Shown here: one piece after another, positions 9,687 to 18,966 of the stretch | How the letters are laid out: each line of letters begins with the position of its first letter | How positions within the stretch are numbered: position 1 is the stretch's first letter | The notes under the pieces: generated by a model | What the model saw: only the letters and a program-made list of their open reading frames with translations | What the model was told of the DNA's origin: nothing | The model's database searches: none | Assembly: GCA_902529935.1 (NCBI GenBank) | Contig: CABZYK010000005.1 | Span: 10,688-74,687 of the forward strand | Length of the DNA stretch: 64,000 nt | DNA from: an uncultured SAR86 cluster bacterium | GTDB lineage: Bacteria > Pseudomonadota > Gammaproteobacteria > Magnimaribacterales > AG-339-G14 | Reading direction: 5' to 3' | Translations under genes and position numbers: made by a program

Positions 9687-10448
9687 TTAGCTATTATCTT
9701 TTAGTGATCTGACAGCCGTAAAAGTTTCTAAATCAGTAGGATTATCAGTTTTAGCAAAATCTTTTATATTCTCTTTAATCTCTAATACATGAGATCTTAA
9801 AAAAGGATTTATATCTTTTTCTAATCTTAAATTAGTAGGTAAAGAAATCTCATTTTGAAATCTTTTTTCATCTATTATGTTTTTATATTCAACAAGATGA
9901 TCATTACAAGGTTCAACCTTAATTGCAAAACCTAAATTACTTTGTGTATATTCATGAGTGCAATAAATTTTTGTGGATAGATCAAGAACAGATAATTTAG
10001 ACAAAGATTCATACATTTGACTTGGAGTTCCTTCAAAAATTCTTCCACAACCTCCCGAAAATAAAGTATCACCACAAAACAAAACATTTTGTTCTTCCGA
10101 ATAGTAAGCAATGTGATCTAAGGTATGACCAGGAACCTCTATGATCTTGAAGGAACAGCCATGGATTGAAATTTCATCGTTTTCTTTTAATTTTATTTCC
10201 ACTCCTTTAAAAGGTGAGTCATAAGGCCCGTAAACATTGCATTCATAAGATTCTTTTAATTGTTCTACTCCACCAGTGTGATCATAATGATGATGAGTTA
10301 TTAGTATGTTCTCTAGTTTTAAGCCGTTTTCTTTTAAATAACTATCGACAACTTTTGCATCTCCTGGATCAACTACACTAGCTTTTCCATTTTCTTCAAT
10401 AAGCCATATATAATTATCAGTAAAAGCTGGCAGAGGTAAGATATTCAT
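9687..10448 (-). CDS. gloB: Hydroxyacylglutathione hydrolase (glyoxalase II)
   Basis: Metallo-beta-lactamase motif THHHYDHTGG, 253 aa, C-terminal glyoxalase II-type helical region. It has conserved mltD-gloB / rnhA-dnaQ synteny. Confidence 0.88.
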   Translation of the reverse strand: MNILPLPAFTDNYIWLIEENGKASVVDPGDAKVVDSYLKENGLKLENILITHHHYDHTGGVEQLKESYECNVYGPYDSPFKGVEIKLKENDEISIHGCSFKIIEVPGHTLDHIAYYSEEQNVLFCGDTLFSGGCGRIFEGTPSQMYESLSKLSVLDLSTKIYCTHEYTQSNLGFAIKVEPCNDHLVEYKNIIDEKRFQNEISLPTNLRLEKDINPFLRSHVLEIKENIKDFAKTDNPTDLETFTAVRSLKDNS

Positions 10449-10498
10449 AGAAGTATAATTTTACCATTTGTAATCAAAATTTTTTATCTAGATTTGAA

Positions 10499-10927
10499 TT
10501 GAGTATCAAAATTTATACAGACGGAGCTTGCAAAGGTAACCCAGGAGATGGCGGTTGGGGAGCCTTAATAATTTATCCAGATAACGAAGAAGAGATCTTT
10601 GGCTATGAAGAAAATACCACAAACAATAGGATGGAACTTCTTGCTGCCATAAAAGCCTTAGAAGCTATAACAGAAAAAAAAGAAGTAACAATTTATACTG
10701 ATTCTATGTATCTTCAACAAGGCATCACCAGTTGGATTAATAAATGGAAATTAAATAATTGGAGAACATCTTCAAAAAAGGAAGTTAAAAATTCTGATTT
10801 ATGGAAAAGATTGGACGATTTATCAAATACTTTAAATGTTTCATGGAATTGGGTAAAAGCTCATAGTGGTCACCCTGAGAATGAGAGAGCAGATTTTCTA
10901 GCAAATAAAGGCATATTACTCAAATGA
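10499..10927 (+). CDS. rnhA: Ribonuclease HI
   Basis: TTG start. IYTDGACKGNPGDGGWGA, NNRMELLAAIKALE and HSGHPENERAD match the RNase HI catalytic DEDD segments. Confidence 0.9.
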   Translation: MSIKIYTDGACKGNPGDGGWGALIIYPDNEEEIFGYEENTTNNRMELLAAIKALEAITEKKEVTIYTDSMYLQQGITSWINKWKLNNWRTSSKKEVKNSDLWKRLDDLSNTLNVSWNWVKAHSGHPENERADFLANKGILLK

Positions 10928-11586
10928 GACAAATAACATTAGATACAGAAACCACAGGGCTAGATGTTTCCAGCGGTCATAGAGTGATTGAAATAGGATG
11001 CACTGAAATCATTGATAGGAAATTTACTGGCAATGAATTACATTTTTATCTAAATCCAGAAAGAGATATAGATCCTGGAGCAGTAGCAGTTCATGGTCTA
11101 TCAAAAGAATTTCTGTCGGATAAGCCTTTTTTTTCAGATATAGCAGAAGATTTGCTAACTTTTTTAGAGGACGCTGAAGTTCTTATGCATAATGCAGAAT
11201 TTGATTTAGGGTTTTTAAATAATGAAATAAATATTTTACAATCTGATTATCCTACTATTGAAACTGTTTCTTCAAATATTATTGATACTCTTCAATTGGC
11301 AAGGGCTATGCATCCAGGCCAAAGAAATAGTTTAGATGCCCTTGTAGATAGGTATCAAATCCATGGTTACGATAGAAATTATCACGGAGCATTATTAGAT
11401 TCTAAAATCCTTGCAGATGTATATCTATCCATGACTGGAGGGCAGACCAGCATAGGTTTTAGCCAAGAAATATCTCAACCAGGTAATACGATAAGTAAAT
11501 CAAATGAAAAGAAAGTACACATGGTAAGTGTTTCTCAGGAAGAATCGAACCAACATCTTAATTACTTAAAATCAATTAGAGAATGA
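10924..11586 (+). CDS. dnaQ: DNA polymerase III epsilon subunit (3'-5' proofreading exonuclease)
   Basis: Exo motifs TLDTETTGL, HNAEFDLGFL and HGALLDSKILADVY. ATGA overlap with rnhA. Confidence 0.9.
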   Translation: MRQITLDTETTGLDVSSGHRVIEIGCTEIIDRKFTGNELHFYLNPERDIDPGAVAVHGLSKEFLSDKPFFSDIAEDLLTFLEDAEVLMHNAEFDLGFLNNEINILQSDYPTIETVSSNIIDTLQLARAMHPGQRNSLDALVDRYQIHGYDRNYHGALLDSKILADVYLSMTGGQTSIGFSQEISQPGNTISKSNEKKVHMVSVSQEESNQHLNYLKSIRE

Positions 11587-12944
11587 CAGAAAGAACTAGA
11601 TTTGCGCCGAGTCCAACAGGCCATCTGCATATTGGTGGCGCCAGAACAGCATTGTTTTCATGGCTATTCGCAAAATCTAAAGGCGGCCAATTCCTCCTCA
11701 GATTTGAAGATACTGATATTGAAAGATCAAAAGAGGAATATAAAGATTCAATCATAAAATCTTTAGAATGGCTCAATCTGAAACCAGATGAAGAGCCTGT
11801 GCATCAGTCCAGAAACTTAGACAGACACAAATCTTTAGCTTTATCTCTATTTGAGAAAGGTGCAGCTTATTATTGTGATTGCTCTGTAGAAGAGTTGGAA
11901 CAACTTCGTGCTACCCAGATGAAGAACAAACAAAAACCTATGTATGACGGTAGAAGTAGAGAGAAAAAATTAGAATACGATGGAAAAAATGTCCTACGCT
12001 ATAAAATGCCTGATGCTTCAACCTCATTCAAAGATTTAATACTTGGCGACATTACCGTCGAGAACAAAGAACTAGATGATTTTATTATTCTCAGAGCAGA
12101 TGGAACTCCTACTTACAATTTTTGTGCGGCAGTAGATGATTTGGATATGAAAATATCAACGGTTATTCGAGGGGACGATCATTTAACTAATACCATTAAG
12201 CAACTTAATATTATTAAGTCTCTTGATGGAACTATTCCAAGTTATGCCCATCTCCCGATGGTTTTATCTGAATCAGGAAAGAGACTATCAAAAAGAGATG
12301 GTGCATTGGATATTATGGACTATAAATCTGAAGGATATTTAAGCGGAGCATTATTGAATTACATTGTCAGATTAGGTTGGGCAAAAGATGAAATTGAAAA
12401 GTTCACCATGAATGAGCTTATAGGTTTTTTTGATTTATCAGATGTGAACTCTTCTCCATCTAAATTTTCATTGCAACTTTTAGATTGGTATAACAATGAG
12501 TATCTTAAAGAATCTGACAGCTCTAGTTTGCTGAGTTTATTAAATGAAATTGGAAGTAATATTAATGAAAAGGTTAGAAATATCCACGGCATAATCGATG
12601 TTTTAAAAGTTGGGGCAAAAAGCTTGAAAGAAATCGATGAAAACATAGAGATGTTTCTTAAAACACCCATTATTGATAAATCGGATACTTTAGCCAATGA
12701 AGATAACAAACAAATAATAAAGAATTTCTTGGATAGTTTTGATTTTTCAAAAGAAGATAATCTAGAATCCATTAGTCAAAGGTTAAAAGAGTATATAAGT
12801 GAAAATGACCTTAAGTTTCCCCAGTTAGGCAAACCTTTGAGATATGCTCTTACCGGAAGAACTAATGCTCCAGGTATAGGCGAGCTTTTATACCTTCTAG
12901 GAAACGAAGAGTCGAAGGAAAGGATTAAAAATTATCTCGAATAA
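11583..12944 (+). CDS. gltX: Glutamyl-tRNA synthetase
   Basis: Class I motifs HIGGART (HIGH) and KLSKRD (KMSKS); N-terminus RTRFAPSPTGHLH. ATGA overlap with dnaQ. Confidence 0.95.
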   Translation: MTERTRFAPSPTGHLHIGGARTALFSWLFAKSKGGQFLLRFEDTDIERSKEEYKDSIIKSLEWLNLKPDEEPVHQSRNLDRHKSLALSLFEKGAAYYCDCSVEELEQLRATQMKNKQKPMYDGRSREKKLEYDGKNVLRYKMPDASTSFKDLILGDITVENKELDDFIILRADGTPTYNFCAAVDDLDMKISTVIRGDDHLTNTIKQLNIIKSLDGTIPSYAHLPMVLSESGKRLSKRDGALDIMDYKSEGYLSGALLNYIVRLGWAKDEIEKFTMNELIGFFDLSDVNSSPSKFSLQLLDWYNNEYLKESDSSSLLSLLNEIGSNINEKVRNIHGIIDVLKVGAKSLKEIDENIEMFLKTPIIDKSDTLANEDNKQIIKNFLDSFDFSKEDNLESISQRLKEYISENDLKFPQLGKPLRYALTGRTNAPGIGELLYLLGNEESKERIKNYLE

Positions 12945-12973
12945 AAAAAGGAGCTCTCAGAGCTCCTTTTTTT
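12945..12973. terminator. Bidirectional hairpin terminator between convergent gltX and a secreted-protein gene
   Basis: A-run, stem AGGAGCTC (12949-12956), loop TCA, stem GAGCTCCT (12960-12967), T-run to 12973. Confidence 0.78.
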
Positions 12974-12985
12974 GACCAATGATTA

Positions 12986-13756
12986 TTAATTGAAACTAGT
13001 ATTTCCTGGAAGAGGAGAAGATAGCATCAAAGAATTTTGGGTACACTCTTGTAGAGGTTCAAATAATGAACTTTGCATTGCAGCCCCGCCAGTTGACATT
13101 AAAGTTGCGAGCTCCCCAAGAGCATCATCATCTCTGAGAACCATCATTGTTGCAAAATCATAATCTGAAGTTTGGCCAGCTACCGGAAAGATATTGAACA
13201 TTGCTACTTTGTCAGACATACCTCCAGCATCTAAAAATGCATTCATTTTTGAGTAGGCTGAATTAAAATCCATCATAGAAGTATTCTCTTTCGCTGTACA
13301 CAGGGAAGTGAAAACAGGCCTTACATCTACAGGTTCCCATCCTTCAGCTTGTCTTGTTGGGAACATGACTCCCATCAAATGACCCAAGCAGTTAGAAGGA
13401 CCCATAACCTTCTCGAATTTTTTTGACATGTCTGCACCGTTTCTTACCCAATTAAAGTGGGATTTAGTAAAGTTTTCCCAGTTATTGGCAACACCAAACC
13501 ACATTGATGTTCCATGCAAAGAAGCACCAGCAAAGTCGGCAGTAAATATCCAAGCATTATAATTTTCTCGACCAACTGGATCATTTTCTTCTTGCCATTC
13601 TCTCCAATCTTCACCTACTTCCATCATATCTTCTATGTCTTTACCTTTTTCATAAGTACAGCCGTAGTACATTTCGACTGGAAATGTGGGAGGCATGCTT
13701 TGTGAAAAGGCATAGCCCGATCCTAATAAGGCTACAATTAGTAATATTTTTTTCAT
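12986..13756 (-). CDS. Secreted protein of unknown family, two copies of a ~110-aa Cys-bracketed module
   Basis: Signal peptide MKKILLIVALLGSGYAFSQ. A strong SD (AGGAG) lies 7 nt upstream of the ATG. The N-terminal half aligns with the adjacent 134-aa ORF product. No family recognised. Confidence 0.7.
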   Translation of the reverse strand: MKKILLIVALLGSGYAFSQSMPPTFPVEMYYGCTYEKGKDIEDMMEVGEDWREWQEENDPVGRENYNAWIFTADFAGASLHGTSMWFGVANNWENFTKSHFNWVRNGADMSKKFEKVMGPSNCLGHLMGVMFPTRQAEGWEPVDVRPVFTSLCTAKENTSMMDFNSAYSKMNAFLDAGGMSDKVAMFNIFPVAGQTSDYDFATMMVLRDDDALGELATLMSTGGAAMQSSLFEPLQECTQNSLMLSSPLPGNTSFN

Positions 13757-13777
13757 AATAAATCTCCTATTTATTTT

Positions 13778-14182
13778 TTAGTTCATTGAATTAAAAGTAT
13801 TTTCTACAAGGACAAGATTTCTCTCGCTGCAAGTAGCTACTTTTAGCCATTGTGAAAAGATTTTATCTCCCTCACCGCCAAGAAAGAAATCTTGGAATCC
13901 ATTTCCCATTGTTGAGAAATCAGTCCAAGCTGTCATTAATGCAAATCCATTAGGATTCATATCACCCATGAAGGTAGTAAAAATCCACTGACCGCTTTTC
14001 ATATCATTCTGCTTTGCAAATTTTTGAACATCGCTTGAAACCTTTCTTACATCATCAATTGAGTATCCTTTATTTAATTCACACATCCATATTTCAGCAG
14101 GCACTGTTGAATTTTGCTGAGCTATAGTATTGAACGAGATAAAAGTAAGAATACTAACGATTAAAATCTTATATAATTTCAT
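13778..14182 (-). CDS. Secreted protein of unknown family, single-module paralog of 12986-13756
   Basis: Signal peptide MKLYKILIVSILTFISFNTIAQ with an SD (GGAG) upstream. It shares E-[IM]-[WY]-x-C...G-x-x-I-[DE]-D, ND, WIFT and a C-terminal Cys with its neighbour. Confidence 0.7.
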   Translation of the reverse strand: MKLYKILIVSILTFISFNTIAQQNSTVPAEIWMCELNKGYSIDDVRKVSSDVQKFAKQNDMKSGQWIFTTFMGDMNPNGFALMTAWTDFSTMGNGFQDFFLGGEGDKIFSQWLKVATCSERNLVLVENTFNSMN

Positions 14183-14263
14183 TAATCTTTCTCCAAAATT
14201 AAGGGTTACTTATTTTAGTTATTAATCTAACTTATTTTAAAAGAAAAGAAAGCTTTAATTCGT

Positions 14264-14431
14264 ATGGTATCGAAAAAACTTCTCGACATTCTTGTGTGTC
14301 CTAGATGCAAAGGAGAACTTTTATTAGAAGCAAATAAGCTGATATGCCGAAAAGGTAATATCGCTTTCCCTATAAAAAACGATATACCAATCATAGTCAT
14401 GAAAGAAGCGATTGATTTAGAGTTAAATTAG
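14264..14431 (+). CDS. Trm112/YcaR-family small zinc-ribbon-like protein (UPF0434)
   Basis: 55-aa ORF below the track cutoff: MVSKKLLDILVCPRCKGELLLEANKLICRKGNIAFPIKNDIPIIVMKEAIDLELN. The LLxILVCPxCKG...L.C......(F/Y)PI.ndIPi signature is that of Trm112-like proteins. Confidence 0.75.
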   Translation: MVSKKLLDILVCPRCKGELLLEANKLICRKGNIAFPIKNDIPIIVMKEAIDLELN

Positions 14432-15717
14432 TCCTTCTGTTCTGCTAAGTCTCTTAAACCTTCTTTGCTTGCTAAAGATGCATGGTTCAATATGTTTCTT
14501 CCCATCGAAGAAGTTTGTTCTTTTGAAAAATTAGCATAAATGGTTTCTCTAGCTTCATGAACTTTGCTATTACTTGGGTCAGAATAAAATGCAGTTTCAA
14601 TTAAGTGTGCTGCTAACCTATGTTCATTTTGGTTGCTCAATTCCATTGCTTTTGTGATCACAATATCAAGTGAACCAACAAGGTCAATCCATAAAGATGC
14701 TTCAACAGACCTTTTAGCCGGAAATAATCTATCATATTCACCTTCCCACCAACCTCCGTAACGACGCCAAATCATTCTAATTAAAAATTCTGGATCGTCA
14801 TAAACTGGTTTCAACCAAGGTAACTCCATTAGATTTTTTTTAAACTCAACTTTATGAATAATAAAATTTAAAGTTTTACCCTGATTCATTAGTTTTATGA
14901 CTTGATTCTCTATGTCATCAAGAAATTCTGCAGTAGACGTTAATGACTGCTTGATATTTTCTTTGCCAAACATCGGATAACCATGGCCTGGAAGCATTAT
15001 TTCAGCTTCAAGCTCACTCATTTCTCTTAGGGCATCAGCCCAATCAGAAATATATCTTTGCACTTTTTGTGGATTACCTCCGTTTGGTACAGCCCATATA
15101 AATAGATCACCTGGCAGTAATATTTTTTCTTTTGGAATAAATGCCCATAAATGATCATCAGTTTCACCTCTGGCAGGATTAAGCAAAAATTCTGTATCGC
15201 CAACTGTAAAACTTGTTTTACTTTCTACTAAAATATCTGGATATCGGTATTTTTCTGGCCAGGTAAAATGCGGAACGTTAATCGCAAACTGTCGTCTGTT
15301 AATTGCTGTGTTCCAACCAAGTGTTTTTATGTATCTATCAAAATGTTCTGGCATTAATTTGTTTGCATACACCGTGGGTCTATCGTTGCCATCAGATAAA
15401 GCCTCCTCATCAAATTTTTCAACGGCAAAGATATGATCTACATGATGATGAGTAAATATAGCTGCGACTAGAGGTTCATTAGGTCGCCATTTTCTAATTT
15501 CTTCATAAGCTCGTTCAATATCAATAATATGGCCTGCATCAAGCATGACTAGACCGGATCCTGTATCTAGAACAAAAAAACCAGCTATCCCTTTAAAAGC
15601 TAAAAGATTATCTTGGATTTCTGTAGAGCCATCGACAAAAGAATGCACAGGATGATGTTCGAAAGTTAAGTCCAATTCTCCCTTGATCGCTTTACTTGCT
15701 AATTCTTTTAAATCCAT
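14428..15717 (-). CDS. Metallo-beta-lactamase-fold hydrolase, alkyl-sulfatase (SdsA1/Pisa1)-like but lacking the SCP-2 domain and a signal peptide
   Basis: Zinc motif THHHVDH. The C-terminal region DDPEFLIRMIWRRYGGWWEGEYDRLFP...RNILNHASL resembles the alkyl-sulfatase dimerisation domain. At 429 aa it is well short of the ~650 aa of the characterised enzymes. Confidence 0.65.
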   Translation of the reverse strand: MDLKELASKAIKGELDLTFEHHPVHSFVDGSTEIQDNLLAFKGIAGFFVLDTGSGLVMLDAGHIIDIERAYEEIRKWRPNEPLVAAIFTHHHVDHIFAVEKFDEEALSDGNDRPTVYANKLMPEHFDRYIKTLGWNTAINRRQFAINVPHFTWPEKYRYPDILVESKTSFTVGDTEFLLNPARGETDDHLWAFIPKEKILLPGDLFIWAVPNGGNPQKVQRYISDWADALREMSELEAEIMLPGHGYPMFGKENIKQSLTSTAEFLDDIENQVIKLMNQGKTLNFIIHKVEFKKNLMELPWLKPVYDDPEFLIRMIWRRYGGWWEGEYDRLFPAKRSVEASLWIDLVGSLDIVITKAMELSNQNEHRLAAHLIETAFYSDPSNSKVHEARETIYANFSKEQTSSMGRNILNHASLASKEGLRDLAEQKD

Positions 15718-15786
15718 ATTAACCTACCTATCTAATTAATTTTGTTTTTGGAATAATCTTATCAAAGTAACTGTTGGAATCTAGAA

Positions 15787-17010
15787 ATGTATTTTCATCA
15801 CTCAGGAAAAACTCAGGAACTCATTGAAAAACTTAATTCCTTTATGGATGAATTTATTTACCCAAATGAATCAACATATGCGTCACAAGTTTCAGAATTT
15901 AGAGAAAAAGGGAATCCCTGGCAGGCAGTTCCAATTGTTGAAGAACTAAAAAAAATTGCCAAAGAGAAAGACCTTTGGAACTTCTTCCTTCCCACGAGTG
16001 AATACGGTTATGGTCTAACTAATCTAGAATACGCACCACTTGCTGAAATTATGGGAAAAGTGGGTTGGTCCTCTGAAGTTTTCAATTGTTCTGCTCCAGA
16101 TACAGGAAACATGGAAGTATTGGAAAGGTATGGCAGTGAGGAGCAAAAAGACAAGTGGCTCAAACCTCTTTTAGAGGGAGAGATAAGGTCATGTTTTGCT
16201 ATGACTGAACCAAACGTAGCTTCATCTGATGCTACAAATATTTCTTCAACCATAGAATTGGATGGTGATCATTACGTTATCAATGGAGAAAAATGGTGGG
16301 CTTCAGGGGTTGGTCATCCAAACTGTAAGTTTTTAATTTTTATGGGTGTAAGCAATCCTGATAGCCCTAAACATCAGCGTCAATCGCAGATTATTGTTCC
16401 TTACGATTCACCTGGAATAAATCTAAAAAGATATCTAACTGTTTTTGGGGCAGATCATGCACCTCATGGCCACGGTCATCTTGAGTTTAAAAACGTAAGA
16501 GTTCCAAAAGAAAACATCATCTTAGGGGAGGGTAAAGGATTCGAAATAGCCCAGGGGAGACTCGGCCCAGGAAGAATCCATCATTGCATGAGAATCATCG
16601 GACTCGCTGAGAGAGCTTTAGAGCTATTATGCAAACGCTCTCTTAACCGAAAGGCATTTGGTAAACCTATAGCCGAACTTGGAGGGAATTACGATGTAAT
16701 TGCAAATTGCCGGATAGATTTAGAAATGGCTAGACTATCTACATTAAGAGCTGCATACATGATGGATGAAGTTGGCAACAAAATTGCTAGGAGCGAGATA
16801 GCTCAAATCAAAGTTTCAGTTCCTTCAATGGCAGTTAAGATCATTGATGCAGCTATTCAAATTCATGGAGGAGAAGGCGTCTCACAAGATACTATTCTGG
16901 CAAGTCTATTCCAATCAACTAGGTATCTAAGAATTGGAGACGGTCCGGACGAGGTACACAGAAGGACGGTTGCAAGAGAAGAGTTGGGCAAACTTAGAGC
17001 TTCATCATAA
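15787..17010 (+). CDS. Acyl-CoA dehydrogenase (ACAD10/11- or FadE-like)
   Basis: Full three-domain ACAD layout, with [39 protein letters not shown] and [12 protein letters not shown] segments. Confidence 0.9.
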   Translation: MYFHHSGKTQELIEKLNSFMDEFIYPNESTYASQVSEFREKGNPWQAVPIVEELKKIAKEKDLWNFFLPTSEYGYGLTNLEYAPLAEIMGKVGWSSEVFNCSAPDTGNMEVLERYGSEEQKDKWLKPLLEGEIRSCFAMTEPNVASSDATNISSTIELDGDHYVINGEKWWASGVGHPNCKFLIFMGVSNPDSPKHQRQSQIIVPYDSPGINLKRYLTVFGADHAPHGHGHLEFKNVRVPKENIILGEGKGFEIAQGRLGPGRIHHCMRIIGLAERALELLCKRSLNRKAFGKPIAELGGNYDVIANCRIDLEMARLSTLRAAYMMDEVGNKIARSEIAQIKVSVPSMAVKIIDAAIQIHGGEGVSQDTILASLFQSTRYLRIGDGPDEVHRRTVAREELGKLRASS

Positions 17011-17034
17011 ATAATTATTTGTTAGAATTCGCTC

Positions 17035-18966
17035 ATGAAAAAATCTTTCCTATTAATTTTTATAATATTTTCTCTAACTTCAGTTGCTCTTGATTATAAA
17101 GATTTTGGAAAGCTCCCTTTTTTTAGCAACGTGACCATATCTCCTGACGGAGAAAAGATTGCTGCTTTAGCTAACATTGAAGGCAAGCCATATATTGTGG
17201 TGACAGAATTTGGCTCAACTAATTTCAATCCCATCGCATCACTTAAAAACGAATACGATCGACTTGAATGGATAGAATGGGCTAACAATAAGAAGATTAT
17301 TTTCCAAACGAGTAAAGCAGAAAAGGTAAGAGAAAGAACGTTCAGAGTTTACGATCTAAACACAATAGATTCAGATGGGTCAAATTTCAAAATCATTGAA
17401 AATAAATCTATTTATAAAGATAAGCAAAATTCAAATATTTCAAAATACGAAAGTATTTCCTTAGTTGATATTTTAGAAGATGAAGAAAATAAAATATTGG
17501 TCTCTAACTACGACCCAAGAGAAAGAGCCGTTGCTATTTTTGAAGTTAATTTAAAGAACAATAGGTTTAAAAAAATTGAATCACCGTTCACTGATTCTGA
17601 CGGCGACAGAGTTACCAATTTCATCGTTTCAGAGGGCAAGATTCAATTTGCAGATTTCTATGATGCTGATGAGGGTATAGCTAAGATTTTCTATAGACCT
17701 AATAAGGATGATAGTTGGACTGAGATTTACAGGGCTAACACCGAAGACCTTGCAACCGATAACTTTTACGTTGGCGGCGTTGATAAAAAAGACGGAAATT
17801 TATTCATTTACTCAAATTTCGATAGCAACTTTTCATACATTTCAAAATTTAACGTTGAAACTGGAAAATTAAGCAAGCCAATTTATTCTAAGAAAGATCA
17901 TGAAATTACATCTTTAGAAGTAGAAGATGGTGAGATTAAGATGGTCTGCTACGAGAGATTTACGAGGGAGTGCGACCTATTTGATCCTGAAGAAAATGGC
18001 ATCATTAAATCTTTGAAAAAATCATTTCCAGACCATTACATTAATATTAGTTCTTACAGTAAAGACTTTTCAAGATTTATTGCAACGATCCGCAATTCAA
18101 ACTCTCCAAGCAAATATTTTGGATTCGATAAAAAAACCGGTAAATCTTTTTTTATCTCGAGTCAGTATCCACAATTAGAAAACAAAGTTAACTCTATTAC
18201 TAAAGTTATTGAATATAAGGCGCGTGATGATTATCAACTATATGGTTTTTTAACCCTTCCACAAGGAATCAAAAATCCACCCGTCATACTTTTTCCCCAC
18301 GGTGGACCAACCGCAAGAGATAGGATTGATTATTTTGATCCTTGGCTTCAAGCAATGGTCAGTCAAGGTTATGCAGTTTTCCAACCACAGTTCAGAGGCT
18401 CAGCGGGATGGGGCAAGGATTATCAAATCTCTGGTTATAGAGAATCCGGCAAGAAGATGCAAAACGATATGATCGATGGTTTTGATTACGTAGTCCAAAA
18501 TTATGATCTCGATGGTAAAAAAGCATGCATAGTAGGTGCAAGTTACGGAGGTTACGCAGCTTTAACAGGAAGTTTTCAATCTCAAGATAAATTTAAATGT
18601 TTTGTGAGTATTGCAGGTATTTCAGATTTTACTAAGTTATTGAGATCTGAAACATTTTTTAGGGGTTCTGCAAAAATGAATAAAATTATGCACGGTGATG
18701 CTTTTGAAGATAAAGAATATTTAGATTCAGTTTCAGCAATTAATTACACAGATAAAATTAAAAAACCTATTTTGCTTATTCATGGAACTTACGATACACA
18801 GGTTCCTCATAATCAGTCCTCAATGTTTTACAACAAAATAAAAAATAGCAATGATTCTGTAGAATACTTTGAAATACCAAAGGCCACTCACTACTTTGAT
18901 GAGCAAGGCAACAGATTAATTATGTTTAGAGAAATTGAAAGATTTCTGGCTGAAAATCTGAACTAG
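17035..18966 (+). CDS. S9 family serine peptidase (prolyl oligopeptidase/acylaminoacyl peptidase-like), secreted
   Basis: Signal peptide and an N-terminal propeller-like region. The C-terminal alpha/beta hydrolase carries the nucleophile elbow GASYGG, then HGTYDTQV and a C-terminal His (ATHYF). Confidence 0.85.
   Translation: MKKSFLLIFIIFSLTSVALDYKDFGKLPFFSNVTISPDGEKIAALANIEGKPYIVVTEFGSTNFNPIASLKNEYDRLEWIEWANNKKIIFQTSKAEKVRERTFRVYDLNTIDSDGSNFKIIENKSIYKDKQNSNISKYESISLVDILEDEENKILVSNYDPRERAVAIFEVNLKNNRFKKIESPFTDSDGDRVTNFIVSEGKIQFADFYDADEGIAKIFYRPNKDDSWTEIYRANTEDLATDNFYVGGVDKKDGNLFIYSNFDSNFSYISKFNVETGKLSKPIYSKKDHEITSLEVEDGEIKMVCYERFTRECDLFDPEENGIIKSLKKSFPDHYINISSYSKDFSRFIATIRNSNSPSKYFGFDKKTGKSFFISSQYPQLENKVNSITKVIEYKARDDYQLYGFLTLPQGIKNPPVILFPHGGPTARDRIDYFDPWLQAMVSQGYAVFQPQFRGSAGWGKDYQISGYRESGKKMQNDMIDGFDYVVQNYDLDGKKACIVGASYGGYAALTGSFQSQDKFKCFVSIAGISDFTKLLRSETFFRGSAKMNKIMHGDAFEDKEYLDSVSAINYTDKIKKPILLIHGTYDTQVPHNQSSMFYNKIKNSNDSVEYFEIPKATHYFDEQGNRLIMFREIERFLAENLN

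Noticed and set aside
12359-12772. 137-aa antisense ORF inside gltX, the longest shadow ORF in the track
   Set aside because: It lies entirely antisense to a well-supported gene. Its S/L/F/K-rich composition is what the reverse complement of a K/E/N/D-rich AT-biased coding region produces. It has no SD and no recognisable motif.
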